A stretch of 61,873 bases of DNA, counting the filler. It is 12 parts of 12 records of this genome, joined end to end, with 100 filler letters (N's around TTAATTAATTAA, not from the genome) between each part and the next. Parts side by side here need not be neighbours in the genome. Positions count along the whole stretch, not along the records: positions 54,072 to 57,752 come from SRR15195285_3009; positions 57,853 to 61,873 come from SRR15195285_3016; 10 more parts are not named here. One strand, given 5' to 3'. Below the pieces are notes generated by a model. It was not told the DNA's origin and searched no databases. It worked only from the letters and a program-made list of their open reading frames with translations. Shown piece after piece: positions 57,401 through 61,873 of this stretch; the first letter of the stretch is position 1, and every line of letters starts with the position of its first letter. The position numbers and the translations under genes were made by a program.

Positions 57401-57519
57401 ACGCCTTCTCCTACTGCTTCTCCTACTGCTACTGGTGCTACTGGTGCTGGTGCTGGCGCTGGAGGGTCGGGCGGTGGTCGCTGGGGCACCGCCCGCGCCC
57501 TCACTCGCTTGGGTGGCAT
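54448..57519 (-). CDS. PDZ-ELMO/CED-12-PDZ protein (ELMOD-type Arf/Arl GAP domain)
   Basis: ELMO motif WTQLGFQNEEPATDFRAGGLLSLQCMVYLA. PDZ: VDFAEDGPLGLVL..RPLTLIF and VEFREEGPIGINF..RPLVLAI, plus a degenerate third (PGSGPVGVRI). Likely start MPPKRVR at 57519. Confidence 0.85.
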   Translation of the reverse strand: MPPKRVRARAVPQRPPPDPPAPAPAPVAPVAVGEAVGEGVAEFQPADGTIAAEPLSMPSAAAVQTEQPAPQAAAATPDERQPLSRAQMAMRTESVVMTAAQDSDLDRSPRPGKDGEPAASSVPPPTPATPAAAPAVTREQLKDQTQSVRKMLLQPGDSSAQAAPMERGELMQRSDSVSKMFADPSRGQKDGTIVVDFAEDGPLGLVLREDSKNGPLITIEDIAAGSAAASRAELRKGLVLQKVQEQAVRGDGKDGLGFHDVLDTIRTSARPLTLIFAPPEPVPSQQEPASLAGLLKWTSDLLPNSKRPQPFALDTMDVHELRQHQRALAHKITDWAGDAAGRCVALAVHPEQLIRFAQERNLYHLQPEEIHSDFVHEGAMIGSGVLSSLTPAIQATARNLRSRQASEVDVSNDEHWALLCELWKSADLQGDPPRDADADELEDDEDDPVAAMLRVSNRPKSTPKKSRRDNRCTGSWTQLGFQNEEPATDFRAGGLLSLQCMVYLAHRYQTEFREMLGLPPRPKDSEPEPEPEAEVEPGVRVGLGAEALEVAATEHSSPPSLTCMDERSRLPVALTVIHIVDTLGKLLGLDSFGEDMMAAGDDRRPSPSDAPPNILLANALRLKSDDEQRGQDDEKSWCGYEELVCAGVLRFGRVWVSVRADFEQFDSLLEVTSHGMRQLLIAMTSGNDVTVMQRWACERPPEAIPPLSTLVPPSLSEDAIQRVKGIRLRIPPGSGPVGVRIKPVDYSATAAFAVAGTEGLKQHQERENVVLEVAEIVENTVSAASRLRLGWSLYAVQSQLVSDWPSTERFARALSLSNELLSSNQQTELIFTPPREKRTVKVAAPAATAGTLNWRESLGELSRLASAKTEELVEATSQVGQVVISSIESLQHHQAAGGGATAGLGLPPKSTAPNPSVKEREMPEMMVEFREEGPIGINFESRGRDARGPLTIVGCVAGGPAARDPGVVPNSVVLAVNGASVIGLPFQQAVGMIKAAPRPLVLAIRHPAPDPALAQAFEALEPT

Positions 57520-57752
57520 AGAGCACCCTCTCTCCGTGGCTGCCTGAGTCACTGTCTCTCTCGTCCACGCTCTCTGTGTGTTTGGCTGTGTGTCTTCAGT
57601 GGCTGTCTGTCTCTGTCCGTCTACATCTGCTTTCGTCACTGCTGCCACTGCTGCGTCCGGACGAGCTCGTGCTCGTTGGACGGCTCGCAACGCAGCACAC
57701 GCTCAGCAGTGTACACCGTATTACACACACACACACTCTCTCTCTCTCTCTC

Positions 57753-57852
57753 NNNNNNNNNNNNNNNNNNNNNNNNNNNNNNNNNNNNNNNNNNNNTTAA
57801 TTAATTAANNNNNNNNNNNNNNNNNNNNNNNNNNNNNNNNNNNNNNNNNNNN
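57753..57852. other. Artificial contig spacer 11
   Basis: N44-TTAATTAATTAA-N44, flanked by (CA)/(CT)/(GT) microsatellites that probably broke the assembly. Confidence 0.98.
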
Positions 57853-57904
57853 GTGTGTGTGTGTGTGTGTGTGTGTGTCTGTATGTGTATGTGTGCGTGT
57901 GTAG

Positions 57905-60292
57905 GCGGACCTGCGCGGGAAGCTGCTTGCGGCAGAGCGGCGGGCGAAAGCAGCGGACGCCGACCGCGCCCAGGCGCAGGCCCGTGAGCTACTCGAACGC
58001 CAAGCACGTGCAGAGCTTCAGAGCAGGCTCGATAGCGCCCAGGATGTGCTGGCGGCTGCACAGTCCGACTTGGAGCGCACGCGCCAGGCCCTGACGAAGC
58101 AGACGGCGCGGGCAGACTTGGAGCAGCGCAAGTTTACCGTCCTGGCAAACAAACTCGGAATCTTGCCCGCCAGCAATCTAAGACCCAGCGAATCCGGCGG
58201 TGGGGAGCAAGACACGCGGCGAGGGGCGGCCGTGAAACGCGCTCGCGAGCCAGCGGCCCCGACAGTATCTCCCGCGCACAGCGCTTGCAGTAGCGTCGAC
58301 CGCGTACGGCAGACCCGCAACGAGATCGATGGCGATCCGCGCCCATGCGTGGTCCGTCGACTCGATGATCCACCATCCAACGCACCAACCACAGCTGATT
58401 CCAGCAATGGCCCGGCCAGCAGCGCGCCGGCGTCAGAGTTACTGCGAGCGCGTGCCGGACTGTCGGGCGATCCTTTCCCTGCGGCTTCACGCCCTGGTCA
58501 GTCGGCACCCTCAAACATGCAACGCCTGATCGATGCCGGGCTGCTGCCGCGCGCAACGCGAGTGTTCCAAGGCCAGGGAGCCCAGCTCGCGCGAGATCAG
58601 AATGCCCAGGCGTCCGGACACCGGTGCATGCTTGCGTACGGCTTACCGTCAGGCGGCGGCAACTGCTACCTGTCGTTTTCGGACCAGACTTATTTTGCGC
58701 AGATCTACCACAAAATGTTGCTAAAGGTCGCTGACCCCAGTGTTAAGCTGCAGCCGCACGTCGGTCTAGATGATATCTGCTTCTACGAGCAACTGTACCT
58801 GCCGTGCTCTTGGTACTTTGACGTCGAAGAGGAGGAAGCAGGTCGGCCTTTGCCCAGTCTGTCCGAACAGATGATTGCTGCAATCCGCGAAGCAGCCCTT
58901 GCCAACGGTATCACCAACATTGGGCGCTGCTCTGTGACAGATGGGTCGCGCACGTCGAAGGACAAATGCGGGTACAAAAACAGTCTGCACCTAGTCTTCC
59001 GCAACTCGCCCGTGTGCCCTCACCCTACCTCTAACGCGGCAGCACCAGACTACGCGCCGCTGCTTGCAGCTCAGCATGTGCACTCACGGATGGATGTCAA
59101 GGACTCCAAGGGTGCATTGCAACCTGACATCGGCGTCTACACGACGCGCCGCAATATGCGGCTGATTGGATCCTGCAAGGTTGGCCAGCCGGTACCTCTG
59201 GTGCCTGTTGATGCCTTTCCGGTTTCATCTGGTTTCAGCATTCAGTTCTGGGTTGATTGGCTGAAATCGTCGAAGCCCGAGGACTTGCTGCTGTACATGG
59301 TCTCGCGAGATGACGGGGTGACAGAGCCAAATTGGCAGACGCAACTTTCCGCATCCGGTCCGCGTCGAATCAACGGTGCGGCAGACAACTGGGACGTGCT
59401 CGGACCAGCACCCGGAGGCGTGATGTCCCAGACCGCTGCGGGATTATCACCAGTGACCGACAATCGGATGCCTCCGTTGAAGGCATGGGTGAAGACGCAC
59501 ACCGACGATGACGACATAGATGATCATGCACAGGTCCGAAAGAGCCCGAGAAGTCGCAGCGATTCCGCTAGCCATAGCAACACTCGCCATCACACAGATC
59601 CCCGAGGCGGGTCTAGACAGGACAGCAGTAGAGACAGAGACAGAGACAGTGTACGTGGGCGTGTTGGTAGCGGCGGCAGAAGCAGCCGGTGGTCCCGCGG
59701 CAGTCGCAACAGCGGTCGCGACAACCACAGCGGTCAGTCCCACCATGCTTCTATTGACAGCGATCGGCGAAGTAGTGGTAACAGCAACACCAGCAACAAC
59801 CGCGGCGCATGCAGCAGTTTGAGTGCTGGTTCCAGGGGTCACAGGTCGATGACTCGACAGGCACTTGATGCCCCTAGCCCAAGCCGAATCCGGACATCGG
59901 CAGGCGTTGGCAGTGGTAATGGCGCTGGCCGCGTCAGTCAGCGCTCGGGTGCGCGTTCGTGTCAGCAAGCAACGCAACCGCTGCACGTAACATCTTTGAA
60001 TCCTGTGCAGCAGCGTATTATGCGGCACCAAAACCGAAACGGTGTGGTCCGCAATCAGTCCGTCCGTGCAGAAATGGCCGGTTATGAGAACCACGATTTG
60101 AAGAAGTATGCAGATGCAATGTGTATGAGCCCTTCGAGTCGCGCTCACTTTGTACAGGAATGCTCGCGACACCGCGCAGCTGTACCGGCAGGATGCACTA
60201 CAGATGGGCTGCCGCCAGCCGGACCTCCTCCAACACCGCAAGGGTACTGGGAGACGTCCATTCCAGAGTCGGAAACCCAGGATTTGGACTGA
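57905..60292 (+). CDS. PrimPol-type archaeo-eukaryotic primase/polymerase (AEP) domain protein with N-terminal coiled coil and R/S-rich tail; last exon of a 5'-truncated gene
   Basis: Motif I CFYEQLYLPCSWYFDVE (DxE), motif II KNSLHLVF (SxH), motif III PDIGVYTTRRNMRLIGSCK. The frame is open from the TAG acceptor at 57904. Confidence 0.82.
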   Translation, partial: ADLRGKLLAAERRAKAADADRAQAQARELLERQARAELQSRLDSAQDVLAAAQSDLERTRQALTKQTARADLEQRKFTVLANKLGILPASNLRPSESGGGEQDTRRGAAVKRAREPAAPTVSPAHSACSSVDRVRQTRNEIDGDPRPCVVRRLDDPPSNAPTTADSSNGPASSAPASELLRARAGLSGDPFPAASRPGQSAPSNMQRLIDAGLLPRATRVFQGQGAQLARDQNAQASGHRCMLAYGLPSGGGNCYLSFSDQTYFAQIYHKMLLKVADPSVKLQPHVGLDDICFYEQLYLPCSWYFDVEEEEAGRPLPSLSEQMIAAIREAALANGITNIGRCSVTDGSRTSKDKCGYKNSLHLVFRNSPVCPHPTSNAAAPDYAPLLAAQHVHSRMDVKDSKGALQPDIGVYTTRRNMRLIGSCKVGQPVPLVPVDAFPVSSGFSIQFWVDWLKSSKPEDLLLYMVSRDDGVTEPNWQTQLSASGPRRINGAADNWDVLGPAPGGVMSQTAAGLSPVTDNRMPPLKAWVKTHTDDDDIDDHAQVRKSPRSRSDSASHSNTRHHTDPRGGSRQDSSRDRDRDSVRGRVGSGGRSSRWSRGSRNSGRDNHSGQSHHASIDSDRRSSGNSNTSNNRGACSSLSAGSRGHRSMTRQALDAPSPSRIRTSAGVGSGNGAGRVSQRSGARSCQQATQPLHVTSLNPVQQRIMRHQNRNGVVRNQSVRAEMAGYENHDLKKYADAMCMSPSSRAHFVQECSRHRAAVPAGCTTDGLPPAGPPPTPQGYWETSIPESETQDLD

Positions 60293-60560
60293 CGAACAGT
60301 CGCTGAAAGATGGCAGAGGGTCACGAGGGCATCCACTACAAGAAGTCATATGCCTGTTGTACCGATGTACCCGTCATATGTACAATCGTGTGTGGTCATG
60401 CGATCGTGTGTGTAGTGACGAGCTAGCTCCGGGTCTAGCTTACATCATGCGAGTTCCAGTCGCGTGGAAATGAGTGCCCTCCATTCGTGGAAATCCCATC
60501 GGGTGGGCACTCGTTGGTAATGCAGGCTGCGCGCGAGTTCTTGATTGCCCTTGCTGAAAT

Positions 60561-61658
60561 TCACATTTTAGATAAATCCACCATCTCCGCTATGGCTCTT
60601 GCTAGCAACGCCCCTTTGCTGTCTTTGATTACGCCTTCTATCACAACCACAACTCCGCCAGCCATCTCTTTCGTGTACGTGCAACAGACGGCGAGCGTTT
60701 CGAATGCAGGCACCGGCTTGAGAATCGACGCGGTGAACTTTCGGGTGACTGTGTTCGGAGAGTGCTGAATTTTCATGAGCTCGGCGGTAGCCTCATCCAG
60801 CACAGACTCCACAGCACCCCCGTGAGCTGACATCAACAATTCGGCTCCGATTGTTGCCTTGGCGCTATAACGCAGTAGTCCGTGCAGCTCACGTCCAATA
60901 TGGAAATACCGAAGGTCAATTCCGCGCTGTGCCGAGGCCTGATCTCCAGTTGCCCAGGTGTCTGTCGCGATAGCCCAGCGCTGCGCGTCCAGGTCCCACA
61001 GATGCTTCTGAAACGCCGCGGCGCCAGGTCTCGCCGCCATTTCGCGCAAGGCGTCCGCGTCGGCAGGTCCAAAGAGACCGTGTGGACGAAACGGAATCCC
61101 GGCTGCTACCGCTTCCTCTCTGTAAGCAGCCGAGGTCATGTCTTGCGGATTTCTAGCCTTCCAGCCACCAACAGGGAATGACCCAGTTATTGGTGGTGGT
61201 TGTTCAACGAGCCCACCCAAGTTGGAAGGCGCCATGAGCTGGTTAGCCAGATCAGTTGGTGCAGGTGGGTCTAGCACAGCGAGCCTCTGCTGCTGGCCGT
61301 CCAGAGCCTCGGCCAGTGCTCTGTGTTTCTCTGCTAGAGCTGCGGCGGCGAGCAGCTTCTGCTTCAGCTCTGCTCTCATCTCCTCAAGGCTAGCCCCTGG
61401 TTCTGTACCCATCGCATCTAGCTGCGCAGGTACTGTTCCTGCAACGGTAGCTTCGTTGGACGGCTCTGCCTGCACCTGCTCAGAACCCTCTTCCTTCAGT
61501 GCTGTGGACTCCGGGACAATTTCCCCGCAAGTGTCGTAATAAGTCTGGATGTCCTCCAAAGACCAACTCGCCTCTGCCTCTGCGGGAAACTCGATGAAAG
61601 CGTCCTCTTCTCGCAGCTGGGCGATGAGTGCCCTGTGAGTAGCTCTGTCGTCCGCCAT
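60561..61658 (-). CDS. Hot-dog-fold acyl-CoA thioesterase (PaaI/THEM4-like) with a long N-terminal extension
   Basis: AHGGAVESVLDEATA..TVTRKFTASILKPVP..IEGVIKDSKGALLARAIA; likely start MADDRATH at 61658. Confidence 0.85.
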   Translation of the reverse strand: MADDRATHRALIAQLREEDAFIEFPAEAEASWSLEDIQTYYDTCGEIVPESTALKEEGSEQVQAEPSNEATVAGTVPAQLDAMGTEPGASLEEMRAELKQKLLAAAALAEKHRALAEALDGQQQRLAVLDPPAPTDLANQLMAPSNLGGLVEQPPPITGSFPVGGWKARNPQDMTSAAYREEAVAAGIPFRPHGLFGPADADALREMAARPGAAAFQKHLWDLDAQRWAIATDTWATGDQASAQRGIDLRYFHIGRELHGLLRYSAKATIGAELLMSAHGGAVESVLDEATAELMKIQHSPNTVTRKFTASILKPVPAFETLAVCCTYTKEMAGGVVVVIEGVIKDSKGALLARAIAEMVDLSKM

Positions 61659-61808
61659 CGCGCTGCGTGTCCGCGACGGAGTCCCCCGCGCGGCGCGGCG
61701 CGCCGGCGCGGGTGCGTGGCCGGCCGCGCGCCGGGTATTATACGCTGTAGTTTTCCCACCATCCGGCCGGCATCGCACTTGCTTCTGCAATTTTCGTCTG
61801 CAAAATGC

Positions 61809-61838
61809 GTACTAGTACTAGATCTAGTACAGCTGTAC
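61809..61838. repeat. Cluster of overlapping perfect palindromes upstream of the thioesterase gene
   Basis: GTACTAGTAC (61809-61818), GTACTAGATCTAGTAC (61815-61830), GTACAGCTGTAC (61827-61838). Confidence 0.85.
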
Positions 61839-61873
61839 CGAACAGATCTAGTGCCTTAATCTGCCCATCATGA

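Noticed and set aside
8333-57852. Eleven identical TTAATTAATTAA-centred elements as a biological repeat or CRISPR-like array
   Set aside because: Each is exactly 100 nt, N-padded and has stops in all frames, which marks it as a contig-joining artefact
1-61873. A multi-gene system linking the transposase, PrimPol-like AEP, sacsin or CAZymes by proximity
   Set aside because: They lie on different contigs separated by artificial spacers, so adjacency is uninformative
1-61873. rRNA, tRNA or bacterial promoter/terminator features
   Set aside because: None recognised by eye; the sequence is eukaryotic and intron-containing. A covariance-model scan would be needed to exclude small RNAs

Overview
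This window is not one contiguous locus. It is 12 short contigs (about 3-10 kb) joined by 11 identical artificial 100-nt spacers (N44-TTAATTAATTAA-N44), so gene order across spacers has no biological meaning. The DNA is from a GC-rich, gene-dense eukaryote with short GT-AG spliceosomal introns, most plausibly a protist genome or MAG (inference; the lineage cannot be assigned from sequence alone). Recognisable genes: a Tudor-domain fragment; a ~2000-aa single-pass Cys-rich receptor (EGF, LNR-like, LDLa, coiled-coil tail); an unusually large (>1575 aa) spliced hAT-like DDE transposase with extra domains; several secreted carbohydrate-active enzymes (beta-helix + CBM6-like, sialate O-acetylesterase-GH43 fusion, GH65); an SGNH hydrolase fragment with an in-frame TAG; an HPPD-like dioxygenase; VPS13 with SH3-like/PDZ additions; a sacsin-like protein; a PhyH dioxygenase; an EF-hand/cNMP protein; an EF-hand/C2/C2 protein; a PDZ-ELMO protein; a PrimPol-type AEP with no zinc finger; and a hot-dog thioesterase. 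The best candidates for something new are the giant multidomain transposase (contig 2), the Notch-like receptor architecture, the zinc-finger-less PrimPol-like protein, and chains of overlapping perfect palindromes upstream of several start codons. All calls come from motif recognition by eye; no database searches were run.
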